A stretch of DNA of 62,374 bases, filler included. It is 8 parts of 8 records of this genome, joined end to end, with 100 filler letters (N's around TTAATTAATTAA, not from the genome) between each part and the next. Parts side by side here need not be neighbours in the genome. Positions count along the whole stretch, not along the records: positions 25,913 to 35,888 come from SRR31147125_31171; positions 35,989 to 41,367 come from SRR31147125_31185; 6 more parts are not named here. The stretch is one strand, 5' to 3'. Shown here piece after piece: positions 30,776 through 40,502 of the stretch. Each line of letters starts with the position of its first letter. The stretch's first letter is position 1. Position numbers and translations under genes: made by a program. The notes beneath the pieces are model-generated. The model worked only from the letters and a program-made list of their open reading frames with translations, was not told the origin of the DNA and searched no databases.

Positions 30776-32325
30776 TGAAATCTTGGAATAAGTTGCATAT
30801 AGATTGGGATAAGGTAAAGGAATGTAGAAGTCTAGCCACTTCAATTGTAAAGCCTGTCCAAAAATATATTGATAGACACTCTTCAACATCGATCGAGAGA
30901 ACTGTTTTGAGAGCTTTTGGGATTGAAGATGCAATGGATGAGATGCCACTCGTTAACCTTATTGTCGACTTGACAGAAAAGGACAAGCTCAGAAAGGGTA
31001 TCGCTTATTGGTTTGGTAGAGCTATCGTTGCAACGGGAAAGAGTCCGAAAGAAGTTGCGTTAGGTATCGCGAAGGGAAAAATTAAATTCGACAAACTCCC
31101 AAATGTCCCTTTTGAAAAGATTAAAAAGGTAACGCTAGATTTGGCAAAAGAGGCTGTTAAGAAACTAGATGCTTCTAGGAAACATAAAGCCCGCTTGGCT
31201 GAAAGGCATGGAAAAAGTGACGTCCCTCTTAAGTATGTTATTGTTGCAACGGGTAATATCTATGACGATGTTGCTCAGGCTCAGGCTGCAGCTGAAGCTG
31301 GTGCTGATGTTGTTGCCGTTATTCGTCATACAGCTCAATCTCTACTTGATTATGTTCCAGACGGTATAACTACCGAGGGATTTGGTGGAACATATGCAAC
31401 ACAGGAAAATTTTAGGATTATGCGCGAGGGCTTGGACGAAGTTGGTAAAAAGCTGGGTCGTTATATAAGGCTAACAAACTATTCGTCAGGTTTGTGTATG
31501 GCAGAGATTGCTGTCATGGGTGCTTATGAAAATCTAGACTATCTCTTAAACGATGCAATGTATGGAATTCTCTTTAGAGATATCAATATGAAGCGAAATT
31601 TCGTAGATCAGTATTTTTCAAGATTGATCATTAAGCGTGCAGGAATCACGATTAATACAGGTGAAGATAATTATTTAACAACAGCAGATGCTTATAAAAA
31701 TGGTCATATGGTTTTAGCCAGTCAGTTTATTAATGAAAATTTTGCTGATAAGGCTGGTTTGCCGCCTCAGCTAATGGGGCTTGGTCATGCTTTTGAGATT
31801 GACCCAAAAGTCGAAGATGGCTTCTTGTATGAGCTTGCACAGGCGCAATTGGTCAGAGAGTTGTTCCCAAGAGCTCCAATAAAATTTATGCCACCTACAA
31901 AATATATGACGGGCGATATCTTCTTTGGAAATATCCAAGATGCTATGTTTAATATCGCTGCAATAATGTCTAACCAGTCAATTCAGCTTCTCGGAATTCC
32001 AACTGAAGCAATTCATAATCCATTTATTCAAGATCGCCATTGGGCAATAAAGAATGCAAACTATGTCTTTAATAATGCGAAGAATTTGGGCGAAGAGATC
32101 GTCTTTAATCCAAATGGAAAAATTGTTAGAAGAGCGCGTTTAGTGTTGGATAATACGTTAAAACTTCTGAAGAAAGTCAATAAAGCTGGTCTGATGAAGG
32201 GAATTGCTCAGGGAGTTTTTGCGGAAGTAAAACGTGAGGAAAATGCAGGTAAGGGTCTGGATGGTGTTTTTCAGAAAGACTCAAAATACTGGAATCCACT
32301 AGAAGATTTGCTTAGGGCAAAATAA
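30772..32325 (+). CDS. kamD: Lysine 5,6-aminomutase alpha subunit
   Basis: YVIVATGNIY, QSLLDYVP, GTYATQENFR, NYSSGLCM and KFMPPTK. Confidence 0.95.
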   Translation: MMKSWNKLHIDWDKVKECRSLATSIVKPVQKYIDRHSSTSIERTVLRAFGIEDAMDEMPLVNLIVDLTEKDKLRKGIAYWFGRAIVATGKSPKEVALGIAKGKIKFDKLPNVPFEKIKKVTLDLAKEAVKKLDASRKHKARLAERHGKSDVPLKYVIVATGNIYDDVAQAQAAAEAGADVVAVIRHTAQSLLDYVPDGITTEGFGGTYATQENFRIMREGLDEVGKKLGRYIRLTNYSSGLCMAEIAVMGAYENLDYLLNDAMYGILFRDINMKRNFVDQYFSRLIIKRAGITINTGEDNYLTTADAYKNGHMVLASQFINENFADKAGLPPQLMGLGHAFEIDPKVEDGFLYELAQAQLVRELFPRAPIKFMPPTKYMTGDIFFGNIQDAMFNIAAIMSNQSIQLLGIPTEAIHNPFIQDRHWAIKNANYVFNNAKNLGEEIVFNPNGKIVRRARLVLDNTLKLLKKVNKAGLMKGIAQGVFAEVKREENAGKGLDGVFQKDSKYWNPLEDLLRAK

Positions 32326-32341
32326 TTAATAGAGGATAAAG

Positions 32342-33199
32342 ATGATTAAAGTAGACTTAACAAAAGTTAAAGCTTATGGCGATAGACTAGATGATGGTGC
32401 TGTTCAGCTCAGTTTTACTCTTCCGATCAAGGCATCTGAAGAGGCTAAAGAAGCCGCAAAGATGTATGTTGCGAAGATGGGGCTTAAAGACCCTCGAGTG
32501 TCGCACATGGAAGCAATGAGTGAGCAGTTTACATTTTTTGTCGTCTATGCAAGTGCCAAGCATTCCATTAATGTTAAAAAAATAAAAGTTGAAAAGATTA
32601 AAGCTGATCACCTGGATTATAAATCTCTTTCAAAACTCATGGGTGAAAAGTTGAAAAAGCCGCTTGTTGTTCTTGGGGCTTGTACTGGTGCGGATGCTCA
32701 TACAGTAGGTATCGATGCTATCTTTAATATGAAGGGCTTTGATCAAGACTATGGTTTGGAAAGATATCCGCTCATAGATGCACATAATTTAAGATCACAG
32801 GTTGATAACGAACACTTTGTCAAAAAAGCAGAAGAAATGAAGGCCGATGCAATTCTTGTTTCGCAGGTTGTTACGCAGCGTGATTCTCACGTGAAAAATT
32901 TAAAAGAATTGATGAAGCTGATAAAGAAATCAAAAAAGTTGCAGCCGCATTTGATAACAATTATGGGTGGCCCAAGAATCGATCATGCGTTGGCAAAAAA
33001 GATTGGTTATGATGCTGGTTTTGGACCTGGTACAGTTCCTTCTCAGGTGGCATCATTTGTTTTTCAGGAATATTTGAAGAGAACAGGTGAAGGAAAGAAA
33101 AAGCCTGTTTCAAAAAGTAAGCCGCAGTCAAAACCAAAACCAAAGAACGCTCCAAAAAGAGGAGTAAAGCGTGCCCAAAAGAAGAAGAGTAAGTCTTAA
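32342..33199 (+). CDS. kamE: Lysine 5,6-aminomutase beta subunit (B12-binding) with a Lys-rich tail
   Basis: YGD..DDG.VQLSFTLP, DAHTVG cobalamin motif, NMKG PLP lysine and GYDAGFGPG. Confidence 0.95.
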   Translation: MIKVDLTKVKAYGDRLDDGAVQLSFTLPIKASEEAKEAAKMYVAKMGLKDPRVSHMEAMSEQFTFFVVYASAKHSINVKKIKVEKIKADHLDYKSLSKLMGEKLKKPLVVLGACTGADAHTVGIDAIFNMKGFDQDYGLERYPLIDAHNLRSQVDNEHFVKKAEEMKADAILVSQVVTQRDSHVKNLKELMKLIKKSKKLQPHLITIMGGPRIDHALAKKIGYDAGFGPGTVPSQVASFVFQEYLKRTGEGKKKPVSKSKPQSKPKPKNAPKRGVKRAQKKKSKS

Positions 33200-33533
33200 A
33201 TTTCGTTTGTCAGCTGGTGATGTCCATTATGCAGGAGGTCTTGCTAGTGGAGCCAAGATTTTGGAAGTTTTCGGTGATCTTGCAACCGAACTCTCAATCA
33301 TTGAATCTGGCAAAGAGGGGCTTTTTAGGGCATATAAGAAGGTCGAGTTTTTAGCACCCGTGAAGCTGGGTGATTTTATAGAAGCTAAGGCTGAGGTTGT
33401 TAAAGAAGGTAAAACCTCAAGAACCGCAAGTTTTGAAGCTTATAAATATATTGAATCAGATGGCCAAGGAAATGGTAAGGTTCTAAAGAAGAAAATTTTG
33501 GTCGCCAAGGCTGAGGGTACTTATATCGTCTAA
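33171..33533 (+). CDS. kal: 3-aminobutyryl-CoA ammonia-lyase (hotdog fold)
   Basis: D.HY.G.L..GA.IL..FGD.ATEL, EGLFRAY and EFLAPV..GD.IE. GTG start after GAGGAG. Confidence 0.85.
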   Translation: MPKRRRVSLKFRLSAGDVHYAGGLASGAKILEVFGDLATELSIIESGKEGLFRAYKKVEFLAPVKLGDFIEAKAEVVKEGKTSRTASFEAYKYIESDGQGNGKVLKKKILVAKAEGTYIV

Positions 33534-33548
33534 AAAAGTAGAGGGAAT

Positions 33549-34475
33549 ATGGCTGGAATAGGAATTATTTTAAATCCACATTCAAGAAGTAATAGAAAAA
33601 ACCCTGAACGAATTAAGCGTTTGGGTTTTATTGTTGGCGATAAGGGAGCTTGTGAGCAAACTCAAGATATCAAAGATTTGCCAAGAATTGCTCGTGAATT
33701 TAAGGAGAGAGGCATTGAGATCTTAGGCATCAGTGGTGGAGATGGAACTAACCATTGCACATTGACTACTTTTATCAATGAGTATGGTGATACTCCTTTG
33801 CCAAAGATTGCCTTTCTTCGTGGTGGAACAATGAATGCTATTGCCAATGCAATTAATATTCATGGAAGTCCAGAGCAGATCCTTTCCAATCTGATTATTA
33901 AATACCATGAAGATGTCCCTTTTGAAGAGACAGAAATCGATTTGATAAATGTAAATGGTAAATATGGATTTCTCTTTGGTAATGGTTTGGTCTCAAGATT
34001 TATCGAACTCTACTATGAAAACAAAAATGGCCCAGCGGGCGCATTTTTGCTTTTGTCTAAAATTATGGGTTCTGCCATAATAAATGGCCATAGAGTTCGT
34101 GAGCTTTGCGAAAGGTATGATGCTGAAATCACTGTTGATGGGAAGAAGCTTGGTTTTAAAAACTTTACCTTAATTGGTGCTGGAACCGTTGAGACCTTTA
34201 ATTTCAATTTCCGACCCCTCTACCGCGCAAGAACCGTACCTGGAATGTTTCAGATATTCGGTGGTTCGGGAACTCCAAGAGAAATCTTGAAAACCTTTCC
34301 GAAAATATTTTTAGCAAAACCTCTTCCTAAAAGGGTTTTTGAAGATGAGATGGCTAAAGAAGTTGATTTGCATCTCGCAGAGCCTCAAACCTATATGATC
34401 GACGGCGATCTTCAGCCGGCAACAACTGATATAAATATCAAGATAGGTCCAAGACTCACCTTTATTATAAGATAG
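33549..34475 (+). CDS. Diacylglycerol/sphingosine kinase family protein
   Basis: ILNP.S, SGGDGT, GGTMN and IDGD. Confidence 0.85.
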   Translation: MAGIGIILNPHSRSNRKNPERIKRLGFIVGDKGACEQTQDIKDLPRIAREFKERGIEILGISGGDGTNHCTLTTFINEYGDTPLPKIAFLRGGTMNAIANAINIHGSPEQILSNLIIKYHEDVPFEETEIDLINVNGKYGFLFGNGLVSRFIELYYENKNGPAGAFLLLSKIMGSAIINGHRVRELCERYDAEITVDGKKLGFKNFTLIGAGTVETFNFNFRPLYRARTVPGMFQIFGGSGTPREILKTFPKIFLAKPLPKRVFEDEMAKEVDLHLAEPQTYMIDGDLQPATTDINIKIGPRLTFIIR

Positions 34476-34477
34476 AG

Positions 34478-34570
34478 ATCGTGATTCGTAAGTCGTAAAT
34501 CGTAAATTGGCAAGGCTGAGTAAGGTTTTATTTGTGAGCTTTACTGACGATTCACGAATTACGATTTACG
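34478..34570. repeat. Inverted arrays of 7-nt repeats between convergent genes
   Basis: TCGTGAT-TCGTAAG-TCGTAAA-TCGTAAA at 34479-34506 and a complementary array ACGATTC-ACGAATT-ACGATTT-ACG at 34547-34570. Confidence 0.7.
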
Positions 34571-34640
34571 TCCACATTTTTCAGTTTATTCTATTGTTAT
34601 AGAGTGTTCTATTTCAATTTTGGATTTCGCCTTGGCATCA

Positions 34641-35684
34641 TCAAAGGACTTCTTCACGTCTTCTGGTGACTTTAACCTTTGGTGGTTTCCTAATGATTCC
34701 TTCAAGTAAATTGATACAGTTTTTTATGTCTCTTTGATGTGCCATGCTGCATGTTGTGTGCAGATTTCTGACTGGTATGCTGACAACCGAAGCTGGAACT
34801 CCACCGCGTGAGGTCAAAATTGTACTGGCATCAGTCGTTCCAGTGTCAGTAACTTCAAATTGAAGATGAATTTTTTTTGTCTTAGCAATATCTTTAATAT
34901 GATTGTTAATTCTCCTGTTAGCAATCATTGAATCATCCATGATTGTAATGACAGGCCCTTTCCCGAGGTGGATGCACTGTTCTGAGTCGTCTTTCATTAT
35001 GTCATCAGCAACACAGACATCGACAGCAAGTCCCCAGTCTGGCTCGATCTGGTAAGCCGATGTTTTTGCCCCATGAAGGCCAATTTCCTCTTGGACTGTA
35101 AAGACGTAGTAATATTCGTAAGGAACTTTTTTGCATTTTTTGATCAGTTCGCAAAGCATGTAACACCCAACTCGATCATCCATGCTCTTTCCAGCAATCT
35201 TTTTACCAAAGTTGAAAAAGGTTGTGTCTTCAAGTTCAACATAAGATCCAATATCAACACCTTTTCTCTTTAATTCTGTTCGGCTAAGACCTGTATCGAC
35301 AACTAAATCGGTTACATATGGTAGCTCAGAAATTTCTTCATTGTTGCTCATCTCTTTGGTTGTAACGATGCCGAGGATTTTTTGTTTTTTTGTTAGGATC
35401 TGAACATGAGCGCCTATCAAACTGATTGCTTCAAGGCTGCCAACAGAAGAACACCTTATTATGCCTTTTTCGCTAATCGACTTGACCATAAGGCCCACTT
35501 CATCCATGTGAGCTGCAAGCATTCCCCTTGGGGCTTTTCCTTTTTTGTGAGCAATAAGGTTCCCCATCTTGTCGATTTTGATATCGTCAACGAAAGGTTC
35601 TATTTCACGTTTTATGATATCTCGGACTTCGGCTTCAAAGCCGCTGACTCCAAATGCTGAAATGAGTTCTTCTAAGAGTTTCAT
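34641..35684 (-). CDS. M42 family (TET-like) metalloaminopeptidase
   Basis: AAHMDEVG, DDR.G, VQEE.G..GA, GTTDA and RNLHT. Confidence 0.92.
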   Translation of the reverse strand: MKLLEELISAFGVSGFEAEVRDIIKREIEPFVDDIKIDKMGNLIAHKKGKAPRGMLAAHMDEVGLMVKSISEKGIIRCSSVGSLEAISLIGAHVQILTKKQKILGIVTTKEMSNNEEISELPYVTDLVVDTGLSRTELKRKGVDIGSYVELEDTTFFNFGKKIAGKSMDDRVGCYMLCELIKKCKKVPYEYYYVFTVQEEIGLHGAKTSAYQIEPDWGLAVDVCVADDIMKDDSEQCIHLGKGPVITIMDDSMIANRRINNHIKDIAKTKKIHLQFEVTDTGTTDASTILTSRGGVPASVVSIPVRNLHTTCSMAHQRDIKNCINLLEGIIRKPPKVKVTRRREEVL

Positions 35685-35786
35685 GTATGCCCCCTTGAAA
35701 ATGAGGGCGCATTATACCAGTATGGAGAATCTTAGACAAGTAATGTGAGGCTAAAAAACAGTACAAGTGCTATTGCTATTTTAATG

Positions 35787-35886
35787 TCATTCCTGCCCCC
35801 GATAACTACATTCGAGGGTAAACTCCAGCAGGAATCTAGGCATATAATCATTTTATTACTGGATCCCGGATCGAGTCCGGGATGAC
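35787..35886. repeat. REP-like palindromes at the contig end
   Basis: GTCATTCCTGC...GCAGGAATC and GATCCCGGATCGAGTCCGGGATGAC. Confidence 0.8.
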
Positions 35887-35888
35887 GA

Positions 35889-35988
35889 NNNNNNNNNNNN
35901 NNNNNNNNNNNNNNNNNNNNNNNNNNNNNNNNTTAATTAATTAANNNNNNNNNNNNNNNNNNNNNNNNNNNNNNNNNNNNNNNNNNNN
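35889..35988. other. Artificial contig linker
   Basis: N44-TTAATTAATTAA-N44. Confidence 0.99.
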
Positions 35989-36536
35989 TTCCGCACCGGT
36001 TTGAACTGTCGACGACCCTGTCGATCGAGGGGGATCAGGAAATTTATTTATTGACCGGTGGGGGGAAAATGATTAAAAGGATGACCAATAGCCCGGGAAT
36101 TGATGTGGATGCGACATGGTCGCCCGACGGCCGGAAAATGGCCTTCGTTTCCAAACGGGCAGGGACACCGCAAATCTACGTCCAGGAGATGGGCAACAAC
36201 CGCATACAACGACTGACGTTCAAAGGGCGTTACAATACCCAGCCCAGTTGGTCCCCCAAAGGTGACAAGATCGCCTATTCGTCCATGGAAGAAGGACAAC
36301 TAAACGTCTACGTCATCGATATCGAGGGCAAACACCCTGTCAGGCTAACCCACAACCAAGGTGATAACGAAAAACCGTCCTGGTCACCGGACGGAAGTCT
36401 TATAGCATTCAGATCGACCCGTGAGGGTGTATCACGAATTTATTTAATGACGGCTTATGGCACGGACCAGCGGCGATTGCTGGCCCTATCAGGAGAGCAG
36501 AGTCATCCTAAGTGGTCACCAAACATGTTACCTTAA
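35989..36536 (+). CDS. tolB: TolB, C-terminal PD40 propeller (5'-truncated)
   Basis: Repeated PxWSPDG..IAF.S.R.G..QIY units; directly upstream of pal. Confidence 0.92.
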
Positions 36537-36571
36537 AGATGTTTTCGTGGCATCATAAAAAGGAGGAAAAA

Positions 36572-37132
36572 ATGAGGAAAAACAATTGGTTGGTAATTTT
36601 TCTGGTGTTGGTTGTACCGGCAATGATGTTTTCGGTATCCTGTGCCAAAAAAGTGGTCGAAACTGCACCGGCTGAAACTGCCCAACCGGCCGAGACCCAG
36701 CCCGAGAAAGACACGACAGCTGAAGACATGGCTGCTGAAAAAGCCCGGATGGAACAGGAGCGGCTTGCTGCGGAAGAGGCTGCCCGCCAGGCGATGATGG
36801 CTTTCAGTGAAGAAGATATCCAATTCGAATTTGACAGCTCTGCATTGATGCCCGAGGCTCAGGATATTCTGGTTCGCAAGGCTGATTACATGCGCGCCAA
36901 CCCCAATATCACCGTAACGGTGGAGGGCCACTGCGACGAACGTGGTACTGAAGCTTACAATATGGCTTTGGGAGAGCGCCGCGCACAGGCTGCTAAGGAG
37001 TTCCTCAGCAACCTCGGTATCGGCGCCAATCGCCTGAGCATCATCAGCTATGGTGAAGAGCGTCCGGTCGATCCAGGTAAAAACGAGGCTGCTTGGGCTA
37101 AAAACCGTCGCGCCCACTTGGTCATCGACTGA
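36572..37132 (+). CDS. pal: Peptidoglycan-associated lipoprotein
   Basis: AGGAGG ribosome site, SVSC lipobox, EGHCDERGT.AYN.ALGERRA, SYGEERP and KNRR. Confidence 0.96.
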   Translation: MRKNNWLVIFLVLVVPAMMFSVSCAKKVVETAPAETAQPAETQPEKDTTAEDMAAEKARMEQERLAAEEAARQAMMAFSEEDIQFEFDSSALMPEAQDILVRKADYMRANPNITVTVEGHCDERGTEAYNMALGERRAQAAKEFLSNLGIGANRLSIISYGEERPVDPGKNEAAWAKNRRAHLVID

Positions 37133-37219
37133 TTTGGAAATATAGAGGCAACGAAGTCGGTTGATATCCTGAGAGAAGGGATCAAAGGACTGAGACCGGG
37201 TTTCATTTAAAAAAATAAT

Positions 37220-37255
37220 ACCACACCGGCATCGCTACTGCGATACCGGTGTGGT
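37220..37255. terminator. Strong hairpin between pal and cpoB
   Basis: ACCACACCGGCATCGC-tact-GCGATACCGGTGTGGT; it lacks a long U-tail on the + strand. Confidence 0.55.
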
Positions 37256-37279
37256 TACTCATTCATCGGAACGGTTGTT

Positions 37280-38167
37280 GTGAAACTTCTAAGGCTTCAA
37301 TTCAAAGCTACTCTCTTTGCGTCGATAGCTGCGGTTTTGTGCTCAGGCCTGTTTGGGTGTGCCAGCCAGAAGGATGTGATCATTCTGGATGAGCGACTTA
37401 TGATGCTCGAACGCCAGAATCAGGAGTTGCAGAAGCAGAACAGCGACATGCGAAAGTTGGTCCGCAAGGAGCTTGAGGTGGTGGGCGAGAGCAGCCAGAC
37501 CACCGAATCGGCGTTGCGGTCCAAATATGCTATCCTGAACGCTGAATTGGACACGCTTCAGGAGAATCTGCAACTTCTCTCAGGTCGGTTCGAGGAGATC
37601 GAGCATCAGCTGCAACAGAAGCTTGAAGTATTCGAAAAGGGACAACAAAAAATCGACGAAATGGCGCTCCAGTCCGCTAAGATAGACAAACGGTTGCTTG
37701 AGATCGAACAGTATCTCAATATAGGGGATAGCGCCGCAACACGCTCAAACAAAAATATCGCCACCGGTGGCGCAAGCAAAAGGCCTGATCGGGAAACATC
37801 AGCCAGCCAGCTGTATGGAGAGGCCAAACAAGCTTACGACAACGGGAAAATGGACAGGGCCCGCCAGGGATTTCAGCAATTGATCAAAACTTTTCCCAAA
37901 TCGAATAATGCCGACAACGCGCAGTTTTGGATTGGTGAAAGCTACTACCGGGAAAAGTGGTACGAAAAAGCGATTCTCGAGTACCAGACCGTTATCGAAA
38001 AGTATCCTAAAGGCAACAAAGTGCCGGCTGCGATGCTCAAGCAAGGGATGGCCTTTCTCCAGCTTGGCGACAAATCCAACGCCCGCCTGATATTAAAAGA
38101 GCTTGAGAGGAAGTATCCAAAAAGCAACGAAGCAAAGGTTGCCGCTAAAAAGCTGAAAGAGTTTTGA
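37280..38167 (+). CDS. cpoB: Tol-Pal protein CpoB/YbgF (coiled coil plus TPR)
   Basis: Lipobox LFGC, coiled coil, and TPR motifs ADNAQFWIGESYY and KVPAAMLK.G. Confidence 0.92.
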   Translation: MKLLRLQFKATLFASIAAVLCSGLFGCASQKDVIILDERLMMLERQNQELQKQNSDMRKLVRKELEVVGESSQTTESALRSKYAILNAELDTLQENLQLLSGRFEEIEHQLQQKLEVFEKGQQKIDEMALQSAKIDKRLLEIEQYLNIGDSAATRSNKNIATGGASKRPDRETSASQLYGEAKQAYDNGKMDRARQGFQQLIKTFPKSNNADNAQFWIGESYYREKWYEKAILEYQTVIEKYPKGNKVPAAMLKQGMAFLQLGDKSNARLILKELERKYPKSNEAKVAAKKLKEF

Positions 38168-38251
38168 TTTTAAGTTAGCTCCCAAACGCCTGCCTTTTGA
38201 GTTAACCGGTGATACTTTGAAACGACTCACCCACGCTGCCATTCCAAAACC

Positions 38252-38755
38252 ATGAAGATCAAGGTGGTGGGAATCGATCCGGGGCTTGCCGATACGGGTG
38301 TAGGTGTGGTTGAAGGAAGTAACCTCACCGTAGACAACTATGCATACGGCACCATAAAGACCTCCCAGAAGGATGAGCAACCCCTCCGTCTTGAGACGAT
38401 CTATACCCGATTGAGCGATCTGTTCGTAGATGAACGTCCGGACCTTATCGTTATTGAGGATGTGTTTTCCCTCGATAAATACCCAAAGTCGGGTATTGTC
38501 TTGGGAAAGGTGTGCGGCGCCATCCTGCTGGCCAGTCGCAAAGCGGATAGCAATGTGAAAGAAGTGGCCGTGCGTGAAGCCAAGCAGGTATTGACCGGGA
38601 ACGGCAACGCCACCAAGGAGCAACTTGAAAAAGCGGTTAGACAGACACTTGGGTGCAATGAACCCATTCGTCCTTACCATGCATCGGATGCATTGGGCCT
38701 TGCCCTCATTGGTCTCTTTCGTTATGGTAGCGGAATACGCCGCATCGGACGATAG
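38252..38755 (+). CDS. ruvC: Holliday junction resolvase
   Basis: GIDPG, VIE, TGNGNA.KEQ and HASDAL. Confidence 0.95.
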   Translation: MKIKVVGIDPGLADTGVGVVEGSNLTVDNYAYGTIKTSQKDEQPLRLETIYTRLSDLFVDERPDLIVIEDVFSLDKYPKSGIVLGKVCGAILLASRKADSNVKEVAVREAKQVLTGNGNATKEQLEKAVRQTLGCNEPIRPYHASDALGLALIGLFRYGSGIRRIGR

Positions 38756-38825
38756 TAAACCGGCGACATTTCAAAAACCCTTGATCCCATTTTGAAGCAG
38801 AAGCGGTTTCAGCGTATAAGAGAAC

Positions 38826-39440
38826 ATGATCGCATACCTTGAAGGTCGACTGATAAAGATAGAACAGGACCGCATCATACTGCTTGCCAACCAAGTGGGG
38901 TATGAAGTACTGGTGCCTGCGTTTGTTCGCGATACCCTCAACGAGAAACAGGTTGGAGACGAGACGTCGCTCTACATCTACTATCACCAGACCGAACGGC
39001 AGCCGAAGCCGGTCCTGATCGGATTCAATCTGGAGGCTGAGAAGGAGTTTTTTCAGCTCTTCATTTCGGTTGATGCCATTGGGCCGCTCAAGGCGGCCAA
39101 AGCGATGACGATACCGGTGAGGGATATCGCCGATGCGATAGAATCCAATAACCTGAACCAGTTGAAAAGCCTTAAAGGCATCGGTCCCCGGTCCGCCCAG
39201 AAGATCATTGCAACCCTGCAGGGCAAGGTTGGCAAATTTGCGATGATTCGCAAAAAAGAGCATGCGGGCGAAGCTGAACCACAAGACTTCGTACAACCGG
39301 TACTCGATGTTTTAATTGACCAATTGGGGCATAAGCCTGTCGATGCGAGGCGAATGGTCAACGATGCTTTGAAACGTGATGAACGCATCGACACACCCGA
39401 AGCGCTATTCGATGAGGTGTACAGAGGGGAAAAATCTTAA
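38826..39440 (+). CDS. ruvA: Holliday junction DNA-binding subunit
   Basis: MIAYL.G, VGYEV, and HhH motifs IGP..A and GIG..SAQKI. Confidence 0.95.
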   Translation: MIAYLEGRLIKIEQDRIILLANQVGYEVLVPAFVRDTLNEKQVGDETSLYIYYHQTERQPKPVLIGFNLEAEKEFFQLFISVDAIGPLKAAKAMTIPVRDIADAIESNNLNQLKSLKGIGPRSAQKIIATLQGKVGKFAMIRKKEHAGEAEPQDFVQPVLDVLIDQLGHKPVDARRMVNDALKRDERIDTPEALFDEVYRGEKS

Positions 39441-39449
39441 GGCCTGCTC

Positions 39450-40490
39450 ATGAAGGATGATCTGCTCACACGCGGTACCGCACCCAAAGGTATTGTCGAC
39501 AGTGCATGCCTGGCCGATGACGGTGATCCGGATATTCTGTCCTTGCGGCCAGAGTGTCTCGACGACTATGTCGGACAGGGCGATGTCGTAAATACGCTTA
39601 AGATTGCTATCGAGGCGGCACTGTTTCGCAAAGAGCCGCTGGAGCACATCCTTTTTCATGGTCCCCCGGGCTTGGGAAAAACCACCCTGGCACACATCAT
39701 CTCCAATGAAATGGGCGGGCGCCTGACAGTTACCTCCGGCCCGGCGCTCGAAAAGGGCGGTGATCTGATCGGCATTCTTACCCATCTTGAGGAGGGCGAT
39801 ATCCTTTTCGTCGATGAGATCCACCGGCTGCCTAAAACTGTGGAGGAGTTTCTCTATCCTGCAATGGAAGATTTTGCAGTCGATTTTGTATTCGACAAAG
39901 GCATTCACGCCCGTAGCCATCGATATCGACTCAATCGTTTCACGCTGGTGGGCGCCACAACGCGCGTGGGGCTCCTCTCTGCCCCGTTGCGGGATCGTTT
40001 CGGACTTTTCAGAAGCCTCGATTTCTATGGCATAGAAGAACTGGTCAGTATCATTCTCAGGTCGGCGGCTATCCTGAGTATATCCATCGATGACGATGGT
40101 GCCCGCAATCTCGCTTTGAGATCCCGAGGTACGCCCCGTATTGTCAATCGATTGCTCAAAAGGGTGAGGGACTATGCCCAGGTCCGTGGAGATGGTCACA
40201 TCAGCCTGAATGTTGTCGAATCGGCCTTGAAACTGGAAGGCGTGGACGATCAGGGATTGACCGGTTTGGACCGACGCTATCTGAAGACGATCATCGAATA
40301 TTACCACGGAGGGCCGGTGGGTATCGAGGCGATCGCCGCCACCCTCCAGGAAGAGGCCGACACGCTGGTTGATGTTGTCGAGCCTTTTCTTCTCAAGATC
40401 GGTATGGTGGTCAGAACCTCATCGGGCCGCAAAGCTTCGGAAAACGCATTCCGGCATCTCGGATACGCCATTCAGAAGAAGATGTTTTAG
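39450..40490 (+). CDS. ruvB: Holliday junction helicase
   Basis: [31 protein letters not shown] and RGTPR. Confidence 0.98.
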   Translation: MKDDLLTRGTAPKGIVDSACLADDGDPDILSLRPECLDDYVGQGDVVNTLKIAIEAALFRKEPLEHILFHGPPGLGKTTLAHIISNEMGGRLTVTSGPALEKGGDLIGILTHLEEGDILFVDEIHRLPKTVEEFLYPAMEDFAVDFVFDKGIHARSHRYRLNRFTLVGATTRVGLLSAPLRDRFGLFRSLDFYGIEELVSIILRSAAILSISIDDDGARNLALRSRGTPRIVNRLLKRVRDYAQVRGDGHISLNVVESALKLEGVDDQGLTGLDRRYLKTIIEYYHGGPVGIEAIAATLQEEADTLVDVVEPFLLKIGMVVRTSSGRKASENAFRHLGYAIQKKMF

Positions 40491-40502
40491 AAGGAATGGA
40501 AC

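Noticed and set aside
36533-40307. Long antisense ORFs (36533-37117, 38093-38680, 38706-39296, 39405-40307) and similar shadows elsewhere
   Set aside because: They lie opposite well-conserved genes (pal, ruvC, ruvA, ruvB) and reflect codon bias in GC-richer DNA.
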